Source of the DNA: Minisyncoccota bacterium
GTDB taxonomy: Bacteria > Patescibacteriota > Minisyncoccia > Phycocordibacterales > BOKC01
DNA length: 64,000 nucleotides
Direction: 5' to 3'
NCBI GenBank assembly: GCA_030583745.1
Contig: CP129473.1
Coordinates: forward strand, 268,551-332,550
A program made the translations under genes and the position numbers. A model generated the notes under the pieces. That model made no database searches, was not told the origin of the DNA, and worked only from the letters and a program-made list of their open reading frames with translations. How positions within the stretch are numbered: position 1 is the stretch's first letter; every line of letters starts with the position of its first letter. Of this stretch, positions 28,753 through 38,368 are shown piece after piece.

Positions 28753-30303
28753 ATGATTGTATCTAAAGAACCGAGATTAGAAGAAATTATTTCTCTAACT
28801 AGCGGTTTTTCCAAAAAAGACACAGAGCTTCTTAAAAATGCTTTTGAATTTGCTAAAAAAGCTCACGACGGACAAAAAAGAATGTCGGGAGAAGATTATT
28901 TTATTCATCCATTTGAAACGGCAAAAATTTTAGCCGAGCTCGGTGTTGGACCAAAAACTATTGCCGCGGGCCTGCTTCATGACGTTTTGGAGGACGCGCT
29001 TATCAGTAGAGAAGAGTTTGAGAAAGAATTCGACAAAGAAATTCTTTTTTTAGTTGAAGGCGTAACAAAACTCGGGAAAATTAAATATCGTGGTGTCAAA
29101 AGACATAGTGAAAGTTTAAGAAAACTTTTTGTCGCCATGTCACAAGATATAAGAGTTATATTAGTTAAATTAGCTGACCGGCTTCATAACATGCGGAGCT
29201 TGGAACATGTTCTACCTCACAAACAAAAGCGAATCGCCGAAGAAACTTTAGAAATTTATGCTCCTATTGCCTACCGCCTCGGAATTGGACAGCTAAAAAA
29301 ACAACTAGAAGACTTATCTTTTCCTTATGTTTTTCCAAAAGAATACAAGGAAGTAAAAGAGTTGACCAAGCAGAAAAGCAAGGACACCCAAAAACGACTT
29401 GAAAAAATTTACCGAGCTTTACAAATAAAGTTGGCAAAAGAAGGGATACGGATACTAAAAGCTGATTTCCGACTTAAAGGAATCTTTAGTCTTTTTCGAA
29501 AACTGAAAAAGTACGATATGGATATAGAAAAAATTTACGATATTTATGCTTTGAGAATCGTGGTTAAAGATGTGGCTGATTGCTATAAAGTCCTAGGAGT
29601 AATACACGAGTTCTGGCGTCCTCTACCCGGCAGGATTAAAGACTATATTGCCGACCCAAAACCTAATGGGTATAGAAGTATTCACACCACAATTTTTACC
29701 GGTGACGGTGGTATAGCCGAAATACAAATAAGAACAGAAGAAATGCACAAAGAAGCCGAGTTCGGAGTCGCTTCCCATATTTCTTACAAAGGGGATGGGA
29801 AAAAAAACCCTTGGGGCTTGGCTTGGGTTTTTCATCTCCTACCTTACGTCGGCAAAAAAAATAAGAATGATAGTGAAAAAGAAAAAGATGACATCCCGCT
29901 CTGGGTCAAAGAATTAGCTGAATTTCAATCGGAATTTGGTCAGGAAAAATTTGAAGAAGAATTAAAATCTAATTTCTTCAAGGAGCGAATTTTTGTTTTC
30001 ACACCTAAAGGAGATGTTATGGATCTGCCATTTGATGCCACGCCGGTTGATTTTGCTTACGCGATTCATTCAGATGTCGGTGATCATATGTTTGGGGCAA
30101 AGATCAATGGCAAATTTTCAGCCCTAAGTTCCAACCTGAAAAATGGCGATATCGTTGAAATTCTTACAAGACAAGGAAGTCACCCCAGTCAAAAATGGCT
30201 CGAAGATGCTAAAACAGCATTGGCGCAGAAAAAAATAAAATCGACATTATCCGATGCCAACAAAAGGTCGGAGTCTAAAAAGGAGTCTAAAAAAAAGCGC
30301 TAG
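28753..30303 (+). CDS. Bifunctional (p)ppGpp synthetase/hydrolase, RelA/SpoT homologue (short form)
   Basis: HD hydrolase motif (HDVLEDA), synthetase motif (YRSIHTTI) and a TGS-like C-terminus. Confidence 0.85.
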   Translation: MIVSKEPRLEEIISLTSGFSKKDTELLKNAFEFAKKAHDGQKRMSGEDYFIHPFETAKILAELGVGPKTIAAGLLHDVLEDALISREEFEKEFDKEILFLVEGVTKLGKIKYRGVKRHSESLRKLFVAMSQDIRVILVKLADRLHNMRSLEHVLPHKQKRIAEETLEIYAPIAYRLGIGQLKKQLEDLSFPYVFPKEYKEVKELTKQKSKDTQKRLEKIYRALQIKLAKEGIRILKADFRLKGIFSLFRKLKKYDMDIEKIYDIYALRIVVKDVADCYKVLGVIHEFWRPLPGRIKDYIADPKPNGYRSIHTTIFTGDGGIAEIQIRTEEMHKEAEFGVASHISYKGDGKKNPWGLAWVFHLLPYVGKKNKNDSEKEKDDIPLWVKELAEFQSEFGQEKFEEELKSNFFKERIFVFTPKGDVMDLPFDATPVDFAYAIHSDVGDHMFGAKINGKFSALSSNLKNGDIVEILTRQGSHPSQKWLEDAKTALAQKKIKSTLSDANKRSESKKESKKKR

Positions 30304-31301
30304 ACAGAAAAGTTTTTGATAAAATAAATTTCTTCGTTTTCTTTTTCCTCACGGCTTCTGTCATCCAACGGAGCAACCGCTTCTGTTTCTGGAGGTGTGT
30401 CCGTTTCAGCTAACTTACCCGCCTCCTCTCCACCCTGAACAACCTCACCTTGAGACGACAAATTAATCTTGCCAGCATTTATTAAATCCAAAATCGTTCC
30501 CAAATCTGAGTCAGAAAAGAAATCAATCAAAATTTTTCCGCCAATCTGCTTTTTCTCTATGAGAACTCTAGTACCGAAAGTCTCACTTAGCTCATTCTCC
30601 AGAGCTTTAATTTCAGGGCTTAAATCTCTTTTCCTAGCTCTTTCAACAGCAACTCTTCTGGCGATCGCCTCGCTGTCCCTAACTGTCAATTTCCTGTCTA
30701 TGATTTCTTTAAAAAGAGCTGTTTGTTCTTCCGGTTTTTCAGAAAGCATCATCAGAGGTCGCGTATGGCCTTCAGAGATTTTACCTTGATTCAATGCGTC
30801 TAGAATTTCGTCCGGCAAAGTCAGAATTCTGATTGTGTTGGCAACATATTCCCTACTCTTTCCAACTTTCTCGGCAATTTGATTCTGCTTGAATTTGAAT
30901 TCTTCAGCTAATCGATGAAAAGCTCTAGCCCTGTCCACCGGACTCAAATCCTCGCGCTGGATATTCTCGATAATGGCAAGCTCCAATTTCATCAAGTCCG
31001 TATCTTCTGACGCCCTAATTAGAGCTGGCACCTGCGAAAGACCGGCCAGTTTTGCCGCCCTCAAACGCCTCTCGCCAGCGATAAGCTCATATTCCGTTGA
31101 AAGACCGCCGTCCGGATGAATAATCTCTCTCCTTGTTACCACAAGGGCTTGAAGTACACCATATTGCCTGATTGATTCAGCCAGACTACGGAGTGCGATT
31201 TCGTCAAACTCCCTTCTTGGCTGGAATGGATTTGGCTTGATTTTGTCTACTTCAATCCAGAAAACTGAATTGTTGTAAAATTCTGATGGCTTTGGTTGCA
31301 T
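30300..31301 (-). CDS. parB: Chromosome partitioning protein ParB/Spo0J
   Basis: ParB box (LQALVV...IAGERRLRAAKLAG) plus HTH. C-terminal extension. Confidence 0.85.
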   Translation of the reverse strand: MQPKPSEFYNNSVFWIEVDKIKPNPFQPRREFDEIALRSLAESIRQYGVLQALVVTRREIIHPDGGLSTEYELIAGERRLRAAKLAGLSQVPALIRASEDTDLMKLELAIIENIQREDLSPVDRARAFHRLAEEFKFKQNQIAEKVGKSREYVANTIRILTLPDEILDALNQGKISEGHTRPLMMLSEKPEEQTALFKEIIDRKLTVRDSEAIARRVAVERARKRDLSPEIKALENELSETFGTRVLIEKKQIGGKILIDFFSDSDLGTILDLINAGKINLSSQGEVVQGGEEAGKLAETDTPPETEAVAPLDDRSREEKENEEIYFIKNFSV

Positions 31302-31394
31302 ACTATTATTTTTTTATAAGCTAATTTTAGCATAATTCCCTTTTATAGAAAATTGAAATTTACCCTGATTTAATATAATATTTTCATCAGACAA

Positions 31395-31476
31395 GCTGGA
31401 GTGGCGGAATTGGTAGACGCGCACGACTCAAAATCGTGTGGGGTAACCCGTGGGAGTTCGATTCTCCCCTCCAGCA
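31395..31476 (+). tRNA. tRNA-Leu (anticodon CAA)
   Basis: Cloverleaf: acceptor GCTGGAG/CTCCAGC, anticodon loop CTCAAAA, long variable arm, T-loop TTCGATT. No encoded CCA. Confidence 0.85.
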
Positions 31477-31534
31477 TTTTGTACGGAATAGTAAACCAAG
31501 AGAATTTGGTCTTTAACTTTGCTATAATTTAAAA

Positions 31535-33661
31535 ATGGATATTTATTTGATTTTGAGAATCCTACATCTCTTGGGATTTGCTATCGGCATTGGTGGCGCC
31601 ACGGCATCCGATGCCCTATTTTTTAGAAGTCTAAAAGACAAAAAAATTACAGATGACGAATTGAACTTGTTAAAAACTTTGTCGAGGTTGATGTGGGCTG
31701 GAATTTCTATCTTGGTCATTTCGGGAGCGGGATTTTTAATTTATTCACACGTCACAACAGGCAGTATACCGCTTCTGTCTAATCCCCGATTTTTAGCAAA
31801 ACTGACAATTGTTGGTGTGATAATAACAAACGGTGTTGTCTTCCATTCTATTATTCTGCCTTTCTTGTCAAAATCAGTCGGTAAAAAACTAAACAAAAAA
31901 TCCTTAGGTAATAAATTCATGCTTTTGGTTTCGGCGGGTGGAATTTCAATCGCCTCTTGGTACAGTACTTTTATTTTTGCGATGTTAAAGCAGTTTTCTA
32001 TGCCATATTTCGTCTGGATAAATATCTACGTTTTAGCTGTTCTCTTGGCGATTACCGGGGGATATTTTGTTTTTTCCTTTAAACTGAAAAATAAAAACGA
32101 ACAAAAAAAAGCTAATGCTAAAAACATAAATCCAAATCCCCCTAATAGCGGTAACAAAAACAAAACCGAAAAAATAATCTTTAGCGCGCTTGTTTTACTC
32201 GTTATTTTATCAGCTGTCTTAATCACAAAACCTTTTGCTACTTCCGACAAAAATTATTATGTTTGTATAGATGAAATTCCGCCATGGTTCCATCCTGAAG
32301 TTTTAGAAATAAAAAAAGGAGATACCGTCATTTGGAAACATTGCAAAAATACAAATAAATCAGAAAACGACCGTCACCTAAGAAATACTCTTGAATCGAT
32401 TTTTTTAAAAAAAATAAACGCTCACGAAGAGAATGGTGGCGACAATTACAAGCATATCCACACCCACCCGATACTGGCGATCTCTGGACCAGAAATTTTT
32501 TCTAGTGGCTTTAGACCAATAGGCCACATTGAAGATAAAAACGAATTTTCTTTTAAATTTACTAAAGAAGGAATTTACGAATATCTCTGCCCTACCCATC
32601 CATATATGAAAGGAATAATCGCTGTTGGTGAAAAATCCCCAGTAGAATCACTCTGGCCGCCAAAAGAAAAACTTGATCAAAATTTAATGGTTTTGCCGAA
32701 AACTCCGGGAATTGGAGAAATTTGGGTTGATACCCAGTTTGAAATAGTCCCCGGACAAAGACATCCAGGAACAATAACCGTTATAGATGCCGAGACTTGG
32801 GAAATCAAAAATATAATCAAAGACCATGATTTTAATAACCCTCACAATCTTTGGAATACTCCGGATAACAAATTCATTTTCCAAACCCAGTGGCATCATA
32901 ATATTGTGACAAAAATAGACGCAGAAACAAAAGAGGTTTTAAAAAACCTTCCGCTTGGTAATGCGCCGGCTCACGTTTTTGTTCACCCCAAGAAAGAGAG
33001 GGTTTACTGGACGATAAATAACGAAACGCAAATTATTATTACTGATTACGAACTGAACGTCCTAGAAGAAATTCCAACCTCATTCGGACCACATGGTGTT
33101 TGGATTGACCCTTCTGGAAAGTGGATGAGTGTCGCCGCTACTTTAGCAGAGGAAATAAACATAATTGACCTTGAAAAAGAAGAAATAGTGGCGACCTTTG
33201 AAGCGCCGGGTTTACCTCTAGCAACACAGATTACCAATGATGGAAAATACGCAATGGTAAGTCTTCTCCTTGAAAACAAAGTTAGGTTTATTGATTTGGA
33301 AAAAATGGAAATAGTAAAAGATGTGGAGGTCGGAACTTTCCCAATTTGGGCTATTCCAGAACCGACCGGAAAATATGTTTTTGTCGCAAACACCGGCACA
33401 GCCGACATCAGTATAATTTCCCTAGAAAGATTTGAGGTTGAAAAAACCATTCCAGCGGCAGCCGGCGCTCACGGCATTATCTTTGGCAAAAAATCAGGTG
33501 GCGGATATTATGGATACTTTTCCAATAAATTTGCCCGCGCCGTTGGCATAATTGACTTAGATACATTAGAAACAGTTGGTTTTATTCCTCTTGGTGAAAA
33601 TCAATGGGGAGGCAATGGAATTTTGGTAATACCAAACCCTTATGACGAAATTAGTTTCTGA
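31535..33661 (+). CDS. Multidomain protein: CopD-like polytopic N-domain + cupredoxin (type-1 Cu) domain + YVTN-type beta-propeller repeats
   Basis: Five or six N-terminal TM helices. HTHP...YEYLCPTHPYMKGIIAV matches the plastocyanin H/C/H/M ligand pattern. C-terminal ~40-aa repeats. Confidence 0.6.
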   Translation: MDIYLILRILHLLGFAIGIGGATASDALFFRSLKDKKITDDELNLLKTLSRLMWAGISILVISGAGFLIYSHVTTGSIPLLSNPRFLAKLTIVGVIITNGVVFHSIILPFLSKSVGKKLNKKSLGNKFMLLVSAGGISIASWYSTFIFAMLKQFSMPYFVWINIYVLAVLLAITGGYFVFSFKLKNKNEQKKANAKNINPNPPNSGNKNKTEKIIFSALVLLVILSAVLITKPFATSDKNYYVCIDEIPPWFHPEVLEIKKGDTVIWKHCKNTNKSENDRHLRNTLESIFLKKINAHEENGGDNYKHIHTHPILAISGPEIFSSGFRPIGHIEDKNEFSFKFTKEGIYEYLCPTHPYMKGIIAVGEKSPVESLWPPKEKLDQNLMVLPKTPGIGEIWVDTQFEIVPGQRHPGTITVIDAETWEIKNIIKDHDFNNPHNLWNTPDNKFIFQTQWHHNIVTKIDAETKEVLKNLPLGNAPAHVFVHPKKERVYWTINNETQIIITDYELNVLEEIPTSFGPHGVWIDPSGKWMSVAATLAEEINIIDLEKEEIVATFEAPGLPLATQITNDGKYAMVSLLLENKVRFIDLEKMEIVKDVEVGTFPIWAIPEPTGKYVFVANTGTADISIISLERFEVEKTIPAAAGAHGIIFGKKSGGGYYGYFSNKFARAVGIIDLDTLETVGFIPLGENQWGGNGILVIPNPYDEISF

Positions 33662-34067
33662 CAAAAAATTTGTTGGGTTAATTTTGACTTTGATTATTTT
33701 GTTTTGTTTGACTCTGTTTTTGCAGATATTTTCAGCTCCAAATCAAACATTCAAAGAAAGAAATCTGGAAAATAATTTAACGGAAAATGAAAAATTAGTT
33801 TTTGTTGGAGAAATGTATTTTAAGCAAAAAGAACCGGAAATGCCAAGAAATGTTCTGAACTTTAAAAAAGGAGAAATAGTAAAATTCTATAATGAAGGAA
33901 GTGTTCCCCACACCGTCACGGTAGAGGAATTTGTCTTTGATGAGGTAATTAATCCCGGGGAATCAACTTATTTCTCGGCAGAAAAAGTCATCGAAAATAC
34001 CTTGGTTACCTGTCGTTTCCATCCAGGTCATCGCTCTAGTCTTACTATAAGCCAGTCGTCGGATTAA
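33642..34067 (+). CDS. Small membrane-anchored cupredoxin-like protein
   Basis: N-terminal TM. VPHTVT...VTCRFHPGH resembles a blue-copper ligand set. Confidence 0.45.
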   Translation: MTKLVSDKKFVGLILTLIILFCLTLFLQIFSAPNQTFKERNLENNLTENEKLVFVGEMYFKQKEPEMPRNVLNFKKGEIVKFYNEGSVPHTVTVEEFVFDEVINPGESTYFSAEKVIENTLVTCRFHPGHRSSLTISQSSD

Positions 34068-34979
34068 ATGCTCGGTAGTAAAATAGAAAAAAGAAAGGTT
34101 ATTGTAATAATAGGCCCAACCGCAACGGGAAAAAGTGGGCTTGCTGTTGAGTTAGCAAAAAAATTTAATGGAGAAATTATTTCTGCTGACTCGAGGCAGG
34201 TTTATAAGGGGCTCAACATCGGTACAGGAAAAATAACAAAAAGAGAAATGCAGGGTGTGCCCCACTATCTACTTGATGTCGCTAATCCGAAAAGAAGATT
34301 CACTGTCGCGGAATACAAAAAACTAGCAGAAAAAATACTACCATATATGGTAGTGCGAAATAAACTGCCGATAATTGTTGGTGGCACAGGATTTTATATT
34401 GAAGCTCTAGTTGACGATTTAAATTTGCCGGAAGTTCCTCCGAATTTAGGATTGCGAGAGAAATTAGAGAAAAAATCTACTGAAGAGCTTTTTAAAATTC
34501 TCCAAAAACTGGATCCAAAACGTGCAAAAAATATTGATTACAAAAACCCCCGCCGCCTCATCCGTGCTATTGAAATCGCCAAACATCTCGGAAAAATTCC
34601 CCCCTATACCCTAAACCCTAGTGGCTATACCCCACTTTTTATCGGTCTAGATTTACCTGATAAAAAACTCAAGCAAAAAATAAAAAAACGTCTGGAAGAG
34701 AGAATAAAAAAAGGGATGATTTCAGAAGCCAAAAAACTTCATAAAAACGGCTTGAGTTACAAAAGAATGGAAGAACTGGGATTAGAATATCGCTTCTTGG
34801 CTAAATATTTGAAAGGAGAAATAAGTAAAGAAGAAATGAAAAAACTTCTGGAAACCGCCATCTGGCAATACGCCAAACGCCAACGCACTTGGTTTAAGAG
34901 AGATAAGAGAATTAAATGGATAAAGCCGAACGGACAAAATAAAATCGAGAAAGAAATAGAAAGATTCCTAAAAATCTGA
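34068..34979 (+). CDS. miaA: tRNA dimethylallyltransferase
   Basis: P-loop GPTATGKS...ISADSRQVYKGLNIGTGK. Confidence 0.85.
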   Translation: MLGSKIEKRKVIVIIGPTATGKSGLAVELAKKFNGEIISADSRQVYKGLNIGTGKITKREMQGVPHYLLDVANPKRRFTVAEYKKLAEKILPYMVVRNKLPIIVGGTGFYIEALVDDLNLPEVPPNLGLREKLEKKSTEELFKILQKLDPKRAKNIDYKNPRRLIRAIEIAKHLGKIPPYTLNPSGYTPLFIGLDLPDKKLKQKIKKRLEERIKKGMISEAKKLHKNGLSYKRMEELGLEYRFLAKYLKGEISKEEMKKLLETAIWQYAKRQRTWFKRDKRIKWIKPNGQNKIEKEIERFLKI

Positions 34980-35106
34980 GTTCTTTCATTTACCCATTCG
35001 TACGAATAGGTAAATGAAAAACAAACTGGATTAAAAATCAAAAAGAAATAGAGGGTTAAAAAAGAGGCGGGTCTCTTTTTTAAATAAAGACATCACCAAT
35101 TCTGAT

Positions 35107-35892
35107 TTGATATACTTAAACATGATGAGTTTTGAAGGACCAAAATTTAACACCGAGCCCAATAAATCTGAACAAGAACCCTTAAGCGGTGATTTTTTGA
35201 AGCAGCAAATTCGTCTTCCGGAAGCAGAATGGGATGAAAGGTTTAGAAAATTAGTTACAAGAAAGATAAAAGAGAAGAAGGATAGAGAATCTAAAGAACC
35301 AGAAGAATCTCCGGAAGTTCTTCGTGAAGAATCATACAGACGTTATTTAAAGGTATTAAATTTGGATGAAGAATTATTAAGGGGAAAAAAGATATTAGAT
35401 TTTGGATCTGGTGAAGGTGAGTTTGTAAAATATCTTATAGATAAAGAAATTACTCAAGAAGCATACGGGATTGATGAGGACCTGGATCAAAATACAGTTG
35501 AAGAAGAATTTCAAAATCATTTCTTTCAGGGTGACTTCAGAGACGATCTTCCAGTAAAAGATGCAGACTACATTGTTTCTGTAGGCGCTATGAACGCGGT
35601 TTGGACAGATGAAGATGTCAGAGATGTAAAACGTATGGTTGACAAAACCCTTGCCTCTCTTAAAAAGAATGGGGAAATAAGAATAGCTGGTATAGCGGAA
35701 CCCGCTAAGGCAAACCCTATCGAACTTGAGGGTCTCGATACTACCTTAAAGAGATGGCGCGAATTACTTAAAGATATATCTGAAAGTCAAGGAATAGAAT
35801 GCAGACTTGAACCACAAGATATCGAGCTTATGGGTGAAGACAATCATATTGCATTGCAATATGTGTTGGTTATAAAAAGAAAGGAAAATTAA
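35107..35892 (+). CDS. Class I SAM-dependent methyltransferase-like protein
   Basis: Motif I KILDFGSGEGEF. Acidic N-terminal extension. Confidence 0.55.
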   Translation: MIYLNMMSFEGPKFNTEPNKSEQEPLSGDFLKQQIRLPEAEWDERFRKLVTRKIKEKKDRESKEPEESPEVLREESYRRYLKVLNLDEELLRGKKILDFGSGEGEFVKYLIDKEITQEAYGIDEDLDQNTVEEEFQNHFFQGDFRDDLPVKDADYIVSVGAMNAVWTDEDVRDVKRMVDKTLASLKKNGEIRIAGIAEPAKANPIELEGLDTTLKRWRELLKDISESQGIECRLEPQDIELMGEDNHIALQYVLVIKRKEN

Positions 35893-35894
35893 TT

Positions 35895-36368
35895 TTATTT
35901 AAAATCATCCCGAATTTTCATCCAAATTTTCCCAACCATATTCTCTCCATCCCCTTCTGGACCAATACCCCAGAAGTTATCAACTGGTGAATTTTCTATA
36001 ATTTCCTTGTTACCTGTTTTCTTCAATATTTCTCGTACATCTTTGTGCTGTTCGGCTTTGGCTTTTAATATTTCTTCCATAACAGAAACTTTTCTGTCGT
36101 GCCAGTCACTTGGTTGGTTTGATTTATTTGCATCAGAGATCTCTTTTACAAGATGCGGACTTTTTGCTTCTAAGATTTTATCGGCAATTTCAGCATCGGT
36201 TTCAGAAAATTTTTTCCATTGAAAAGCATGCTCGGCGGTCGAAAATTCTTTATCCCAAATATTTATTACGTGTGCTGAAAAATTATCCAGCGGATGAAAT
36301 GCCGGAGTAAAAAAGTAAACAGCATTATCTGTCTCTTTATTTAAATCTTTATTAGATTTTGGATACAT
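35895..36368 (-). CDS. NADAR/YbiA-family (DUF1768) protein
   Basis: FSNFS-like start, EHAFQWKKF, DNFWGIGPEGDGENMVGKIWMKIR. Internal ATG start avoids overlap with the upstream gene. Confidence 0.6.
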   Translation of the reverse strand: MYPKSNKDLNKETDNAVYFFTPAFHPLDNFSAHVINIWDKEFSTAEHAFQWKKFSETDAEIADKILEAKSPHLVKEISDANKSNQPSDWHDRKVSVMEEILKAKAEQHKDVREILKKTGNKEIIENSPVDNFWGIGPEGDGENMVGKIWMKIRDDFK

Positions 36369-36393
36369 GATACATACCAAGCGATGAAAATTT

Positions 36394-36945
36394 TTATTTC
36401 CTATAACCCTCAAGGATCTTGGACCATTTTTCGTAATTTTCTCTAGCAATTTCTTTTCGCTTTTTTGAACTAATACGATTAAACATCCAGTCTAATTTTT
36501 CTTTTACCTCTTCATATCCTTCTATCGCGGCTTTTTCATTTACAAACAATTCAGCATTAGTTTCAAAAAAGCTCACCGAATCTGCATCCATAAGAGCATT
36601 CTGTTCTTCATCGCCACCAACTTCATGCTTACTTATTAAATGCCTAACAGTTTTGATAACATCTTCAGAGGATTTTTGAGATTTCAAAAACTTAGCCATA
36701 ATCTCAGCGCCTTTCTCTTGGTGGACTCTTAAAAATTCCTTATCAAGATAATTTTTTAAATTATTTTTAGTTTTTTCATCTCGAAAAGATCGTTCAATAT
36801 CATGACTATAAGCAGCAATTTTATGAGCTTCGTTTGCTTCCGGCAAAAATCTTTCAAGCCAAAATACTGTTCTCTCAAAATGAGGTTTCTGCTTCCACTG
36901 AAATGATTTGTCCACATACTCAATTGTTTTTGAAAAAAGATCCAT
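36394..36945 (-). CDS. Hypothetical protein, HD-domain-like
   Basis: AAYSHDIER motif. Helical protein with no further assignment. Confidence 0.4.
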   Translation of the reverse strand: MDLFSKTIEYVDKSFQWKQKPHFERTVFWLERFLPEANEAHKIAAYSHDIERSFRDEKTKNNLKNYLDKEFLRVHQEKGAEIMAKFLKSQKSSEDVIKTVRHLISKHEVGGDEEQNALMDADSVSFFETNAELFVNEKAAIEGYEEVKEKLDWMFNRISSKKRKEIARENYEKWSKILEGYRK

Positions 36946-36963
36946 ATTTAATAGTTTTTATTT

Positions 36964-37036
36964 TGCGGGTCCAGCAGGACTTGAACCTGCAGTCCGGGAT
37001 TTGGAGTCCCGTGGTTTACCAATTAACCGATGGACC
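36964..37036 (-). tRNA. tRNA-Trp (anticodon CCA)
   Basis: Reverse complement folds as GGGTCCA...anticodon loop CTCCAAA...T-loop TTCAAGT...TGGACCC-G. Confidence 0.85.
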
Positions 37037-37679
37037 CTTTCATATACTCTCTGGCTATAGCCAATAAATCTTGAGCCAGACGAGCATCATAATATCGAAT
37101 ATTAGCACAACCTTGATAATTTTTCCTTACCCTCTTTCCTCCATTATTTTTCTTATAGGATTTCATAAACTGACCTTGAGGAATCTTTGTTATTCTTGAC
37201 CAGAAAGCTTTCTGTGTTTTTTCACTATGATAATTATGTAGATGAATACAAACTCTGAATTTTTTCTCGTTTAAAACGAAAGAAGCTCTTAAAAGTTTTA
37301 GAAAAGTAGAAATCAAATTAGGGTCTGAATTGATAAAACCAAAATATGAATCATTTTTTACCCCTTCACACCAATAAATAACAGCGCATATAACCTTTTT
37401 TGATTCTTTGTCTAGATCTACTACTTTTAAAATATCTAGAGCTTTTTGTTTTGATTCATCCAGGCGCGCTCTTTTCTTTGCTCTAAGAACTTCTTGGGAG
37501 GCAATTTGTCCTCTTGTATATTTTTTTCTTAACAACTCTTTCGCTTCATCAGATAATTCTACGTCCCTTACCCATAAAGATACAGAGCTTTTCGAAACAT
37601 TTAAGTTATCCGAAATTTCTTTAAGTGAAAATCCTTTTCCCCTCAACTGCACCGCTTTGTGCCTTTCTTTTAATTTCAT
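37023..37679 (-). CDS. HTH-domain protein, possibly LAGLIDADG-like homing-endonuclease fold
   Basis: N-terminal sigma-70 region-4-like HTH (GFSLKEISDNLNVSKSSVSLWVRD). Central AVIYWCEGVK resembles a degenerate LAGLIDADG helix. The 3' end overlaps tRNA-Trp by 14 nt. Confidence 0.4.
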   Translation of the reverse strand: MKLKERHKAVQLRGKGFSLKEISDNLNVSKSSVSLWVRDVELSDEAKELLRKKYTRGQIASQEVLRAKKRARLDESKQKALDILKVVDLDKESKKVICAVIYWCEGVKNDSYFGFINSDPNLISTFLKLLRASFVLNEKKFRVCIHLHNYHSEKTQKAFWSRITKIPQGQFMKSYKKNNGGKRVRKNYQGCANIRYYDARLAQDLLAIAREYMKGSIG

Positions 37680-37798
37680 ACTCTGAACCTACTAGTTAGT
37701 TCATATTAACTAATTATAACATAATAGATAATACCAAAAAGAGCGATAATTCTCTATCACCCCCCTATTGGCTATTGGCTAAACCCTATACCCTATCC

Positions 37799-37957
37799 CT
37801 ATTTCTTGGTTTCTTTATGCACCTGCCTTTTTCTGCAGGTATTGCAATATTTTTTAAGTTCAATCTTCCGCTCCACCAATTTCTTATTCTTGGAGGACCG
37901 GTAGTTAATATTTTTGCACTTACTGCAAGCAAGTTTTATTAATCTGTCTTGACTCAT
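37799..37957 (-). CDS. rpmG: 50S ribosomal protein L33 (52 aa; missed by the 60-aa ORF track)
   Basis: MSQDRLIKLACSKCKNINYRSSKNKKLVERKIELKKYCNTCRKRQVHKETKK. This is the canonical L33 C4 zinc-ribbon pattern. Confidence 0.8.
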   Translation of the reverse strand: MSQDRLIKLACSKCKNINYRSSKNKKLVERKIELKKYCNTCRKRQVHKETKK

Positions 37958-38065
37958 GTTACTAGGTTTATTAAGCTCTAGGCTTTAGGCACTAGGAATT
38001 TTTATTAAAGCTAAAGAATAATAGAAAATGTCTAAAAAAGCAACTAGATGTATCCGTCCAGCACA

Positions 38066-38368
38066 TATGAGACTGCTTTGCTGATAATATACTAAAAATA
38101 TACTGCATCGGAATATTATCAAGGAAATTCCTTGATAAGGACATAAGGATATATGATGTTGAATATTATCAAGGAATTTTAAGGATGAATTAAATTATCA
38201 AACAATCTATGACGGCCGTCATAGATTGTTTGATGATTTCTGAAACTGGCATGTTATCTTTTTTGAATACATTAAAAAAACTGCTAAAAAAACCTGTATG
38301 TATTTTTTTGCAAATTTACATATAAGACTTTAAATTAAAGTCTTATATGTATCTGAACTTATGCACTA
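38066..38368. repeat. Left copy of ~300-bp inverted repeat module (contains three internal palindromes)
   Basis: Reverse complement matches 47128-47416 almost base for base. Internal palindromes are at 38116-38138 (TTATCAAGGAAATTCCTTGATAA), 38199-38232 (34-bp perfect CAAACAATCTATGACGGCCGTCATAGATTGTTTG) and 38318-38350 (ACATATAAGACTTTAAATTAAAGTCTTATATGT). Confidence 0.85.
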
